Assembly (NCBI GenBank): GCA_038496445.1 | Contig: JALMLS010000381.1 | Coordinates: forward strand, 2,432-66,431 | Source of the DNA: Trichosphaerium sp. ATCC 40318 | Taxonomy: Eukaryota; Protista; Tubulinea | Direction: 5' to 3' | DNA: 64,000 bases | Shown: in pieces, positions 1 to 13,270 of the stretch | Numbering within the stretch: position 1 is the first letter of the stretch | How the letters are laid out: each line of letters starts with the position of its first letter | The notes under the pieces: model-generated | Told to the model about the DNA's origin: nothing | Databases searched by the model: none | Seen by the model: only the letters and a program-made list of their open reading frames with translations | Position numbers and translations under genes: made by a program

Positions 1-407
1 TAATTTGCGTGAGGGTTTCTGACTAGGCCGCTCGTTTTTACTCACCAATGAGAAGGATGGCGGACAAAGAATTAATTCCAATCCATAAAAACCATCTTGT
101 TTATAATGAGTCTTGTTGATGACCACCCCTATTCCATATAACTACGAAATTCCATTCAAAGCGTTTAATGTCATCTTCATGAAACACACTGGTACAAGAC
201 AGACTGAAGCTGGGTATCAGATTAATATCATAGAAAAAAGGTGTTGCTTGCTTTTATGTTCTGCTTTCTGGTATACGTTTAGGTTAATGTTGACTCTGTA
301 AGAGCCTATTGTAGCTGATGCAGTTTGTAATCACATGTACACATATTAATCCTTGTGAACACATCAAGAATATTAGCAATGTAGAAAGTACTGATTTACT
401 TCTTATT

Positions 408-2281
408 TTACATACGTAGTACAAAGCTACTTGATGCTTTATCTTTTGAAGGGAACACAGCTTGGTTTAATTCATTACGTTTTTCTGATCTATCATCTTT
501 TTGTGGCCATGTTTGCATAAACTCAGGGTCTGTTGGTAAAGGAGACTCTTCAAAGTAAGCATGTCTTACAGCGTCTTTTGCTTTTATTCTTTTTTCAGGA
601 TTGTAGCACAACATATTCATTAACAGTAAAAATCCTGTTTCACTAAGCCTGTCCTTGGCTATTTTAGAGCGTATGTTATTATACGGCTGATTTTCGAATT
701 TTATCTGAGTGGTAGTTAGTATGCAAGTTGTTACTTAGTAAAAAAAAACCCGTAAAAAGTAGGTTCATAAGTATGGTTTAGAGCAAGGCTAGTAGATTGA
801 CGTATCTTTTTCTCACTAAAAAATGATAGAAAACACGTGATTTGTGAGTTGGAAAAAAACGAGATTAACACCAAAAAATTGAGAATTTGAACGAGTGAAG
901 TAAAATCCTTCAACCAATTGACAATAAAAACCCTGTTTGACTTAATATGACGTACTTTTTGTACATTAGGCAGTTTGGAAAATCCAGGCCACAATTTCTC
1001 GTTAGGCGTTCCAAGTAGCTTGAACATCTGAAAAAACTTAGAAGATAATTAAAAAACAAACACGAAGCCGTACTAGGACAAGCTGTTCGATTTCACTATG
1101 GCCGCTTATAAGAGGTTCTCCAATAAGTAGTTCTGCAAAAACACATCCTACAGACCACATATCTATTGCTGTTGAATATATGCGTTGTCCAAGCAACAGT
1201 TCAGGGCAACGGTACCTTAGTATGGGTTAGAAAGAACGTCACATCAAGCTATCTTTTTAAGTACCATAAGGTAACAACTGGTTGTGACATCGCTTCTAAA
1301 GGATCACTATAGGCTCTTGCAAGGCCAAAATCACATATTTTAATTACACCCTCGTTATTTAGAAGAAGATCTAGTGTTAAGGAATAAAAAAGAACTTGAA
1401 GTTTTAGCGGTAAATGACCATGAAGAAAGAACGGATACTAGCTGTCTTGATATCGCGATGGATCAACCAACTTTCATGTAAATATTCAAGTCCTTGTAAT
1501 AGACCTAGCATGAGTGTTTTAACCTGTGTAAAAGTATCAGTGAGCAAACTTGGTTCAGTGAAAAAATTCTGATTGCAAACGCTGTGACACTTCTGTGTAC
1601 CTCTCCAATCTTAAATGGTGATTTCATATGTTCCATTAAACCCTTTAGATCATGGTCCAAAAATTCCATAACAATGAATATGCTACAAAAGGGTAAGACG
1701 AGCTTGAATTGGAAAATTTTTCATTTTCTTTCTTTTGGCTTATTTATGCTTTACCTGTTGCCATTAGGACCTGTGACGATTTCTTTTACGTCTACAATAT
1801 GTGGATGTTTACATTTGAGAAGTATATCCACTTCACGAAGACTTGTGAGTGGAAATCCTTCTTTTTCTTTTTGCATTTTTACTTTCTTTAATGCAACGAT
1901 TTCGCCTGTTTGTTTGTCCTTTGCTTTATCTGTTACTGTTTTAGCTTTGTGAGGGCATGTAAAAATCGTTTTTCGTACAGACAACACCGAATGTGCCTTC
2001 TTCTATTTTATTCTCTTTAGAGAATGCGTCAACAGATCTACATGCTTGTAATACGGCGTTGGCTGGCACTTTTGGCTGTCTATAAACTAAAACTGCCTTT
2101 TCTTCTATTGGCGCTTCAGTTAGTTCATCTACCTTCTGTTTCTTTGACGTGTGGTCTGTTTTGTCTAACATCTTGTTATATTTTCTCAAACTAAACCGAA
2201 ATAACGTGGATGATTAGAATACGTGCTTTCATCGTTTCTAGGACGCTTTTCACCAACAATCTCTGCATTTTGCTCTGACAT
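408..2281 (-). CDS. CDK11: CDK11/CDK10 (PITSLRE-family) cyclin-dependent kinase, multi-exon
   Basis: Spliced exons give [66 protein letters not shown] and [17 protein letters not shown] at 2281. Confidence 0.88.
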
Positions 2282-2588
2282 GTGGTATGACACGGAGACA
2301 GTGGCAACAAAACAGTATTCACAATGTCAAGGGAGTGTACCAGGTAGTTTTCGGTGGATAAGCCGCTTCTAAGAGGTTACTAAGATGACAACTTTAAGTT
2401 GCATAGAAATGGTAAAACAGGATTGACAGAAATGACAAGGTATTTCATTTTTAACCAGCTTTGATCGAGATGATCATGTTCTGCTTTTAGGACGAACACA
2501 ACAGAGATATAAAAGATGAAAAATAAAGTTATAAGTGCAAAATCTGTTCCTTAAGCTCCATAATTATCGCACCCACGAGTGACACAAA

Positions 2589-3457
2589 ATGCGTATTCTT
2601 TTGATATGTACCATCCTCATAGTACTTAGTATTACTACGAAAGGGCAAATTGATTTTAGTGTACGTAAAGGCTGTAGTCGTTGCTCTTTTCGTCTTATTG
2701 TGCTTTAGATATATGAAGGAGCCTTTTGTGACGGCATACCGTTTAAAAATTTTACACGTGATTATAACACTTGTTATGGCGCTAAAAACACTATACCTGC
2801 TCTAAACCAAGACATACAATACGTTAACTGCGAGAGCGATAAACAGTCTTCAACTGTTAGCCTTAAAACCATAGAAATGCTATTGACGGGTACTTTAGTT
2901 GATATACAGGACATACAAGGACAATGCAACAAAGTGTCAAGAGTTTTTCGAAGAAGATACAATCTCTACAAACTTTTGTATTTCAGCTGGTCCTTTTGCG
3001 TACAAAATAACTTGTAAGCCTAACCCTGTACGTATATTTCAGTTCACTTCCAAAAAGGAAAGATCTTTACACGTGTAAAGCGTAAGATAAACTTCTATTT
3101 ATCTTTTTTTTTTAATTCAAGTCGCCTCCAGCTCCGTTGAAGATATCATCGTTGGGTTACTTAAACTCTGACTGTTCTGGTAACCCTGCTTATATTGCAA
3201 ATTTTACTAGTGGTAAATGCTCTACGGATAAAAAAGGAACGGCGTTTAGTGTAACGTGCTATGGTGTACGTTTTAACAAAATCTTTTTTTTTCTTAGTTT
3301 CTGCTCACTCCGAATTAAGGGCTCTCTTCAACAAACCCAGTTCTTTGATGCCGAATGTAAACAACCAATTGGAGGTGGCGGTTTTATGAATAGACAAAAA
3401 TGTAGTACAACACCTGGGATTGGTTTATCTAATAGCGTTGTTTGTACAGAAAAATAA
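2589..3457 (+). CDS. Small secreted cysteine-rich hypothetical protein, multi-exon
   Basis: Signal-peptide-like start MRILLICTILIVLSITT. Later Cys-spaced exons (SDCSGNPAYIANFTSGKCS, FFDAECKQP...KCSTT...VVCTEK) are separated by GT-AG introns. Confidence 0.55.
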
Positions 3458-3620
3458 ATGGCTCACACAAAACACTTGGTAGTTTGTTTCAAATACCATG
3501 AATTGTAACACAAGCGAAATTAAACAGTATTGAAGTACACAACTTTGTTGCAGTCACGTGTTGAACTTAAAATTGAAAAGTAAGGCAAGTTAGAAAGAAC
3601 TTTCTGTGGTACGTTGGGGG

Positions 3621-3872
3621 CCATAGTTTTATCGAATTTTCCGAAAACAAAAATTCGAAAAAATAGAATTCGTAGAAAGATGCATAGCTAGGGCAGTCCA
3701 CTTAACTAGAAAGCGCCTGGTTCACTTACGGTCGGGTCCTCGCTGTGCTCGGAACTAGAACCCGACCTTCGCTCACATATAGTGATCCATTGGTGGGTAT
3801 AGGCATTCGGTTTTTGTATCGAATTCTATTTTTTCGAATTTTTTCTTTCGAAAAATTCGGAAAAAACGTGGG
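3621..3872. mobile_element. MITE-like element with ~52-bp imperfect TTCGAA-rich inverted ends and an internal hairpin
   Basis: 3621-3672 is an imperfect reverse complement of 3820-3872. The core contains the stem ggtcgggtcct/agaacccgacc. No clear target-site duplication is visible. Confidence 0.5.
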
Positions 3873-4194
3873 ACCGGAACGTTGCATGATACACATCTAT
3901 AAACTTCTGCAAAAGTCTATTCACATTTGGAACTGATGGGGCTTTACACGACGCCTGTTTGTAACTGAATATTTTGTAAATGCTTTGTGCGCATTACACT
4001 AGTACAGGTAAGTTCAGGCAAAGCACAACCCTGAATGGGACTGAAATCACAATTTAGGCATTCTATTCTTTTCTCTTTACGCCTACGTACAGCGTTTAAC
4101 TATTACTATTAAGTTCAATCACTTACAAAACTCCGGTTACACAATCTGATTATTGTTTTTACAAACAATAGTAATACACCACTTCACTGCCACA

Positions 4195-5504
4195 ATGAGC
4201 TTGGTATTATTCCAATTATATATAATTGTGACTGCATGGCTTGTTTCTGGTTCGTTTAGGAATACAGCAATGAAATTAACAACCAAACCGCAGACCACCA
4301 ATTATACGCCCAACCGGTGTTACCTCAATCTCGTGGCTGTAAGTGTCAATGTGAGGCGTGTAATGGATGTATGTTTGAAGATTCGACCGCTTGCCCGCGT
4401 CAAAATGGCGGTGGAGACAGTACGAACTTATTTCTGTAATAACACGTGTTTTGGTTAATGTTTTCCAAAAGTTGACCTTGGATCACTTGGCGTAGATTGT
4501 GTCGTTGTTGACGCAAGTGCTGGTACAATTGTAGGAACGGATGGTGCTGATTGTATAATGATTACTGGAAGCTCTACAATTATATCTGGTGAAGTTACAG
4601 GAGAAAGAGGAAACGACTGTATCATAGTACAAGATAAAGCAACTGTGATGAATTTACGTGGAAGTATGTCCAGTTTTGTAGCTATTTATAGCTGACACAT
4701 GCTTACCAATCTATCAGACCAAGATGATGACTGTATAAGAGTTATTGATTCAACAACTTCTAGGGTAATCGGTAGCAATGGAGTGGACGATATTATCTTC
4801 GAAGGAGTAAGAACAGATTCAACTGGCTCGTATGACTATGTACGCACATCACATTCTAACATTATCACAGGTTTGCGGACATAGAGGGTAGAGCAGGAGA
4901 CGATTGTATACGAGTCTTACCCTACAATGGAGTACCTTCGATTCTTAGAGACATACAGGGAGACACAGAAAATGATTGCATTGAAGTACAAAATAGCGTA
5001 ATGGAACGAATAAGAGGTAATAATAGAATCGGCTCTTGAATAATGACCAAAATTATAGCTGGCGATGGCGATGACATAATAGATGCAAGGTGTTCATCAA
5101 TATTCTCTGCTGAAGGTAGAGGTGGAGATGACGTAATTATCTTATCTTCAATAACAGTTCGCACGTGACAATTCCTCAATTAAATCTTATTTTGATCATA
5201 GCTGTGTCAGCATCAGAAGTTCGAATTGTACGCGGTGGTAATGATCGGGATTTGATTATAATAGAAGATGAGATTCAGAACTCAAGAGTTGATGGGCGTA
5301 TAGATGGAGGAAACGACGAAGATGTGTATGTAGACTATCTTTTAGTTAAACTAACACTATTTAAGGTGCTGTTTGGCAGATCAAATGGGTACTGAAATAA
5401 GAGACTGTGAGATTCCCACGACATGTGTATCACCTTGTCCAATGATGCGAACGCCTTCAATGTGCAATAGACGGCTTAGTACTTGTATTGCATTGACAAC
5501 CTAA
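4195..5504 (+). CDS. Secreted protein with Cys-rich ends and RTX/hemolysin-type Ca-binding-like GxGxD repeats
   Basis: Signal peptide MSLVLFQLYIIVTAWLVS, then CKCQCEACNGC. Repeats include GTDGADCI, GERGNDCII, GSNGVDDII, GDGDDIIDA, GRGGDDVII, GGNDRDLII and GGNDEDVC. About 9 short introns. Confidence 0.7.
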
Positions 5505-5698
5505 GTGCAAATACTAAAACAAAAAATACAGTTCATTCTCTATGGGCGAATGTAATCATATCACGCACAGTGTAGTGTGCACACTTGAATTTATATACAG
5601 TCTTTTTCCTTACTACAGGGATTAATATAATTATATCACTAACAGAGCAATGGTTGTTGCTTTAAGTAAGACAAATTCATATATTTTACGGTGAGATT

Positions 5699-5781
5699 TT
5701 GGTGGGTATAGGCATTCGGTTTTTGTATCGAATTCTATTTTTTCGAATTTTTTCTTTCGAAAAATTCGGAAAAAACGTGGG
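5699..5781 (+). repeat. 83-bp exact direct copy of 3790-3872
   Basis: Base-for-base identity from ttggtgggtataggcattcgg to aaaaaacgtggg, offset 1909 bp. Confidence 0.95.
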
Positions 5782-5857
5782 TCTGTCAAATCGCAGTTTT
5801 AATGTTTGACAGCTTTTGACCAACAACACCAAGCGCTAGAAGTTATATTCGGCGTGA

Positions 5858-7046
5858 ATGGAACAGTTACCGCCTGAAATATTGCTTTACATCGTCGAAT
5901 ACGTTAATAGTCCATCGTATTTAGCAAATACTATGCAAACATGCTCTTTGCTTGCGTCTGTTGCTAAATCATGTCCCTTATACAAAGTACAACATTATGA
6001 AGCCAATTTTCGGCTTGTTTATTTAGTTTAGTTTATGACTAGTGACCACAAGGTAACGAGAGTAGCAGGGAGTGGAGAAGGATACCAAGATGGTAATACT
6101 AATGCTTTGTTTAATTATCATCAACTCAATTATTTGTGGGTTAGGAGATGCTATTACAACTGCAAGGTTTGATTTCATATACGCTCTGGCATTTGATAAT
6201 AATGGTGACGTATGCCATAAATGTTTTAGGATTGAAGTATTAAGATTATCATCAACTAACTTGTTTCTATGTAAGCTCATTATATCTGATAGTGTGAATC
6301 AAGTGATACGAAAATTATGTATGAAGACAAATATAGTGAGTACATTTGAAGGCGTTCAGTATAAATTACGACATCCTGAGGGCATTGCAGTTGATGAATG
6401 GAATAATATTTTTATAGTAGATGGTGCATATGTACAATATTGGGTGAACTCAAACCTTAATTTACGTAATATTTTTAGCGGATAGTATACTTGGACAGTC
6501 AGTCTGGAGAGCTCAAGGAACTTGTAAAATATCCTGGCAAATGGATAAGAAGAATTGCGATTGCTCACGGGTATGTTCTATACACCTCAAGAAACAGTTA
6601 CTATGTAGAATCTACCAAACACCCTCGAATGACTCAATCCATATCAGTGAATACACTTGAATTTCCAAGAGCAAAAGACTATATTTGTTGCATCGCAGTT
6701 GATGATAATGAGAATATTTACTTCAGCTGCTACAAGTATATTTATAGAACAGACAACAACTTTGAAACAAAGATTATCTATGAGATGCCAGCTGAAGCAA
6801 GCGAGTTCTTTTCTTATGCAAAAGGTATGACGTGTAATCATAGAATGTATTTTGCTGATATCTTCTGCAGGGTGTTTATTTTTTGGTAGTACGGCTAACT
6901 TGTATTGTTTGTTTGTTGAATCAAAGGATTTGTTAAAGATTAAACTAGATGGAGTTTCCCATATTGATCACGTGACATATTACGGAGAATCGTTGTATTT
7001 TACTCACGCTGGAACTCGCATAAGCAAGATTGATATGAACATTTAA
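5858..7046 (+). CDS. F-box protein with NHL-type beta-propeller repeats
   Basis: MEQLPPEILLYIVEYV is F-box-like. NHL-like segments follow: RVAGSGEGYQDG, LAFDNNGDLIISDSVNQVIRKL, HPEGIAVDEWNNIFIVD. Confidence 0.75.
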
Positions 7047-7772
7047 AGGTCAATACACATTGCTTTCAATAACCTTGATGTCTTCCTTGCAACCCTCCCT
7101 CATGTTTGGTCCAGAGACTGGCTACAGCCAGATTATGTAGTTACTCCCACTTTTAAAACAAATTTTGACGTTGAAAATAGTTTGTTATGATTAACGCTTG
7201 AGTAAATTGTATTACATACTATAAATAACATATATAGAGTATATAAAAATTCATTAATAGTAGCGTACTCTACAATGACTCTAAAAAATAGTTTAATTTG
7301 TGTGACTTAGCTGGTTTTTTTTTTTCACAGGATTTTGTACCCAAATTTTCAATTAGAATTTTTAATGTCGGAATGTTACTCTAGAGCCATTTTACTACCC
7401 AATCAAGTTGTTTAGAGTGAAAATAAGGATTGATTGATTAGTGATTTTTAAGGTAAACATGGTCTTTTCATGAACGAAAATGGCAAAAACACAGAAAATA
7501 AGTAAATAATTTTTTTTGCCCTTACAACGTAACTTTATACTCTCACGCTCCACCACCTAGTTTAACAGCACCTTTTAAAGCCGATAAGCATGTGTGAAAT
7601 GCTTGCGTAATTTGGCTCTAGGTCAATTGTTTTAAATAAACCTAGACAGTTTTGGAAGGTATTTATTAGATAGCAACCATTGGTAGTGTTTGCGGGTTTT
7701 TTTTTTGCTCCTTGTGTAGATTGAAATAAATATTATTAAGGAGAACGAATAAATATTTCTATGTTGCTTCAG

Positions 7773-8694
7773 CTATTCTTCGGTCGTCATGGGTAGGTTA
7801 TCATATAACCAATCAAATTCTTGCATATATTGTTGTCCTACTTGTAAATGTACATTTTCTTCTGATAGAGCGGAGCAGTCCACAAAATCAAAATTCTGCT
7901 GCTGGAAATCACGATATTGACACTGTCCATCAATACCAAGCTCACGTTCGTCAAGACAGTTTGTCTCTTCTGTAGCGTGTGGGTATGTAGTGTCCATGGG
8001 GGTTGGTTCCAAACGATTCATCTGTGATGTTAAGGCGCTGTAGTCTTGGCCCATGTCATTGAGATTGAACGCCAGTTGAGTATTATAGGCTGTTTGTGTG
8101 GTATTAGTATCGAGCAATTGTTTATTTTCCTCCACTGACGTATCATTTGCGTTTATTGTAACTGTTTGAAATCCTAGAGAGTGATAAGAAGTCAAGATTT
8201 TCTAGAAATGCTGTAAAACATCTTTTTTTAAGTACCCTTCATTATATGTTGCCTAACTAAGCTGAACGCACAAGGATTAAAATGCGACGTCATATCAGGT
8301 ACTTCAGGATGGAATATAACGAACTGATATATGCATTGGCCACCGTGTAGCACTTTTTTGAACTTCATACGCTTACCCTAAAAACAGGTTTAAAAAAAAA
8401 AAAATTTGGAGAAAAGCGGCTCACTGATATTGTAGACCGTATACAGAACTTGTATAGGTTTCTGATCATAGTATTTTTAGTTGTGTACATCTGTTCGAGT
8501 GTTTTATAGCTTTCATCGCTAATGTAGACTATGTATCCCTTGGTATCGAAGTCTGTAAAATGAACCTATACCAGGGTGTTAAAAAATACGTTTTGAAAAG
8601 AATCACGTGCGCAACATTCTTTTGAAAGGTGCCTGTAAGGTAATACCATCCTTAAGAAGCGCACTAGTATAGTCTCTTTTTTGGTGGCGCTCAT
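7773..8694 (-). CDS. Divergent HSF-like winged-helix transcription factor, paralogue 1 (4 exons)
   Basis: Spliced N-terminus ...GYIVYISDESYKTLEQMYTTKNTMIRNLYKFCIRS...KFKKV...FVIFHPEVPDM, followed by an acidic/Q/T-rich tail. Same intron positions as paralogues 2 and 3. Confidence 0.55.
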
Positions 8695-9479
8695 AACTTG
8701 TCTGTTAGTTTGGAGAATGAGTTATTCAAATATTACCAAAAAAATGGACCGCCCACGTTGGAAGTTTCCAAAAAGTTTCACAGATTCGCGAATCTTGGGT
8801 TTTGTGTTTTTCTAAAAGATAAATCTGCAATCACACCTACATTTACAAACACAACAATCTTTTTTTGTTACTATTTTAGCGTCATAATTTTTTAGCGTGA
8901 AATAATTCACATTACTCAGGAGTTGATTCTAAAAAGAGTAAAAAATTCACACTGGTCTTTCTTGAATAAACGAACTTTGTATTGTTGTGTTTGATCATTT
9001 ACGAAGCGTTACTATGGATGCCAACCAGAACTTCCGTTGGATATCTTTTTATCATAACGGTGACAGACTATGGTTGTATTTTTGTACCACTTAGAGATGG
9101 CAGAAATACATGGTTTGAACCAATTCAGGTCCAAAAAAACCGGTTCATAAACGGTCCAAATAGTCCGCTGTCAAGGAAGTTTGGAAAATGAGAAATTAGC
9201 TGAAAAGGAATTTTTGTGTTTCCCTTGATTTTTATCAGTCAAAACGGTACTCTGTCACAAAATCTCAGAGCTGCCTACTCACTGTGTGAATGCACATAAG
9301 GTGGCTGTAGAAAATACTCCATCCCACCTGTTCAAAAACGTTCAGAATCATCTCAAATTGAACCTCGTGAGCTGTTAGCGATGTGTTTCTATTCTTCCTG
9401 AAAATACCAAGAGATGTTTGGTTCGAAAACTGTAGTGTACTGGAATTTTACATTGCGTTCGAAAGTCTTATTGGTGTGC

Positions 9480-9800
9480 GTTTCTATTACGAGCAGTTAT
9501 TTTTAACAATTCACTGAAATACAAGTCTTGAACTAACATATTTCCTCAAATGTCCATCAATATTTTTGACTGAAATACAGAGCAATCTCGAATTCTGGGT
9601 CCCTTAGCAGAGCTCTACCGCCACTAAAGAATATAGGAAACACTACAAGAGCTCTTAATTCCTTGATCTACCAATTGTTGAGGCAAACTTCAATCACACG
9701 ATAATTGTTAGCTGCAGCTACCAAACTCAATGGTAATTCCCAGGCGCTACCAATCTCATTTATAATCTGCTCGAGCTTGTATAGGATCTGCATTCATCTG
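9480..9800 (-). pseudogene. Degraded ankyrin-repeat-like relic
   Basis: LPLSLVAAANNYRVIEVCLNN is followed by in-frame stops. Weak motif similarity only. Confidence 0.3.
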
Positions 9801-10078
9801 ATTTGATAGAAGCTGAACATAGAAGACGAGTACACTTAGAGATCGGGCAAGCTGGTGATTTTTTTCGATGCATTAATCTTGTAATTATTATTATGAATAA
9901 AGTGGGCTACGGCGCTGGCCTCTTGTTTGAAAAAAAACATAGAAGACGTAGCAAACAGTCTCTTGCGCTAGCAGCTTTTTTTGTTCGCCACCAAAGCTGC
10001 TGTAGTCATCACATGTCAACACCAAATTAGGAAGCGTACTTTAAATTCTAACTAGTTGTTTATTAAACATTACATTTT

Positions 10079-11040
10079 TCAGTATTCGCTAGCAAGCACA
10101 CTATTTTGCATTTGCTGTTGGTTCAATAGCCATATTTTTCTTTCGCTTTTTAATAGCTCGTTTTCTTCTTGAACATCGCTAAACATAACCAATAAATCCA
10201 AGTACATTTGCTGCCAATCACACTCTTGTTGTCCAAGAGTGCTAGTTACAAAATGACATCGGTTGTTTGTACCATGGGTATAGGAAGAGTCGATTGCCAT
10301 TGGGTCTGGTGAGTTACCTTTGGAAGGATTGGAAGGTTGTTCAACGCACTGAATGTTGGGTTGATACTGATCTTTGACGACATACTCGCCTTTGTACTAA
10401 GGATTAGAAGATTCAAAAGTACAGCTTATTGGCACGTACCAGTAAAACAGTTGTAAAAGTATCCATTCTGGGGTGTTACAAGTTCCAGTATTGTATGTTC
10501 TTGTGGAAAAACATCACCGCATGCTTGTATATTTTTAAACCCTAAGAGTTGATAAGTCAAGCTTAGATTTGCCTTAAAATGTTAAGTACCGTTTATTTGC
10601 GCTTGTCTTACAAGTGACAGAGCACTTACTTCATAGTTTGAATTCATATCAGGAACTTTAGGATGAAACACAACCAGTTCACACAACTCCTCGCCGCTAC
10701 AAAGAACCCACTTGAAAACCACGCGCTGACCCTTTACAATGAATTAATGGTTTGTTTAAGGGTTCATTAGTAAACACGTGCCGGACAAGTGGACTTGATA
10801 CAATATTTGTACATGTTATTAGTTATTGCCTTGGGATTCGCATATTTATGGAAAATTTCATCGTAGGTCTGTTTATTGATGTAAATAATCCAGCCCTTTT
10901 GGGGTTTACCGTATTTAAACACAGCCTATGACTGTTAGCGTAGGAGAATAGAGGAACCATACAGCACATTGTTTAGCAAGGTGTCTATAACGCTTTGCTG
11001 CAGTTAAAATTATCTTGAAGAGAGTTTGTGTCCTACTCAT
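10079..11040 (-). CDS. Divergent HSF-like transcription factor, paralogue 2
   Basis: MSRTQTLFKIILTAAKRYRHLAKQCA|AVFKYGKPQKGWIIYINKQTYDEIFHKYANPKAITNNMYKYCIKSTCP|GQRVVFKWV...VVFHPKVPDM. The C-terminus has a coiled-coil-like stretch, YLDLLVMFSDVQEENELLKSE. Confidence 0.55.
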
Positions 11041-12649
11041 GCGTTGTTTGTTGGAAAGTGAAAAACAAAAAAATAGTCTAAAAGTGGTTTGGTTCACATT
11101 TTACTTCGGAGGCTAAACAATTTTTGAACAATACCAAATCTTGGTGGCCACAACAACTTTTTATAGTTCTATGCGAAGCCACATCAAGTAAGGATGGTAT
11201 TTTTTGTACAAGCAAATTTTTCTTGAACAGAAGCCTAAATTCTTTGTAAAAAACTCCCACAATGAAAAAACCAAACAACTGGCTGAAGTGACTCTATTTG
11301 TGTTATGGTAACTGTAAAAAACTAAACGGAGCTTTGTAGTAGCGTTGTATTGATATTGTGAGCTAACCATTCTAAAAACAGAGGGAAAAAAAAAGTACTT
11401 TTTGTTAGCTAACATTCCGTTACCTTGGTTAAAAACTCATCGCTAGTTTCTTCCACAAGTTCACTGTCATCGCACTTAGAATGGCAGCAAAATTGTCCCT
11501 GGGCTTGTTCACGTGATGAGCACGTTATGAGCATACATGTAGATTTCTCGATGAAACATACCCAGTAATTTCTTACACTACTTTTGTAACGCTAGTCACG
11601 TGCACATATTATTATGTAAACTGGAATCTATGCGTTTGAAAATGCAGCAGAACCTTCAATAACAAGCCGGCAGTATTTTGAAAAAAAAGCTGTTATGAGT
11701 GTACATTTTTTTGATAGCAAAAAACGCATGTATACAACTCAACGTAATCAAATTAAGCAAGATAACTGAAATTTATACAAACACATCAGTTTAAACCGGA
11801 ACCTATCCGAATAATAACATCATTGTACATGGCAAGATATTCGTGGGTTGAGTGTATCTATGACTTTTTAATCACGGGATTAAAATAAAATCCGGTGTTT
11901 ACCTCAACTTTGCGGAGTTTCTGGGAGAGCGTCTGCTTTAGTAGGTCACTGAAAGGCGTCTAACCAAGCCGAATTGCCTAGCATAGTTATTTCCGTTGTA
12001 TTATGTGCACTAACGTGATGATCATGTATAACAGCGGGAAGCAGTTAAGCAATAAATACACTTCCAATGGTCGCATGGATTGATGTTTGTATTCCGAATC
12101 TATCCAGGTAAATTCTTTGTATATAAAGTCACTTGTCAGTAGTGCCCTACACGTACCCTGGGTACAATGGAATTTATAAGCGGTTTATATATATTGTAGG
12201 TCACGTGATAAAATAAAAAGAAAAAAAACCTAAAAAATTAATCACACCTTCACGCCTTCAGTTCACCCACTTTTAGCTCAACCAACGCTCTTATTTGTTG
12301 CTAAGATTTTTGCCAGATCTGTTTAGCCAGCGTATTTTTTATGAGTTTCAAAAAATATTCCGTTTACCGAGCCTCAAAATAAACTTTTGCGGTATATGTC
12401 ATGCAAAGAGTCGTACCGTACTAAACACGTGTTGTAAACTATTGTGTACACAGTGCGGTCTTGTCTTCAGTTGGAAAAACTTGCTAGCCGCGTAACGCTT
12501 CTACGTCCTTCCAAGTAATGAGACGAACTAAGGTTAATGTAAATAAAGCGAGTTGTTCAAGTGCATGTACAATCTAAAGTTGAAAACTAAAAACTTTTCA
12601 TATTTTATCATTCGTACAACATGCAACTCCTCAATTATCGAACTTATCC

Positions 12650-13270
12650 TTGTCACGATATGACAAATATTGAGATATTCCTTTTGGACGCCTTTCCTTG
12701 CCTGGATTATGTTTAGTATTAAGACAAGGAACCGACAGTACAAGACATTTAAGACTAGCAAGTCTCAAAAAAAAAAAAGAAAATCGACCACTTCAGCGTG
12801 TAAACACTAAAACATGCTTTTGAGCATTCTATGTACGTAAAACAGGCGTCAGTGTTCGTATTGTTTAAGTGTTGTAGTTGATAAAGGCCCAAACCGCTGC
12901 GAAGAGTGTTGCTGAAGGTATATAGACTTTCTAGATAATCTGCGCTAAAATATACTCATACAACACTCTTCAACACTAAAAACTTCCATCTAGATGAAAA
13001 ATCAGTGTAAACACGTGCCCTTGGAACGTTAAAACGTGCTAGAGCACAAATTAAAAAAAAACATCTAACACCCCTAAAAGTTATGCACGCCAAGAACCAA
13101 CGCCACGTAATCGATTGAGGTATGTTTGACGTACCCAAAATCAAAACTATCTTACTAACGGCCTTGTGTAGCTGTTATTGCTGTTGAAACTATGCTCAAA
13201 AATAAATAGCGATTCTGTTCTTGAAGGGCGTGGTTTCTTTTTGGCCGAGGACTTAAGTTAACTTCACAGC
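12650..13270 (+). repeat. Diverged ~600-bp segmental duplication, copy A (copy B ~15750-16310)
   Basis: Collinear shared blocks: attgagata...ccttgcctggatt, acactaaa...gcattcta, acacgtgccctt..aacgttaaaa and tatgttt.acgtacc.aaat.aaaact.tctt..ctaacg.ccttgtg.agctgttat. Confidence 0.75.

Noticed and set aside
3621-3872. Canonical heat-shock elements or a tRNA in the TTCGAA arrays
   Set aside because: The spacing TTCGAA does not match nGAAnnTTCn. No cloverleaf or A/B boxes could be built from the core.
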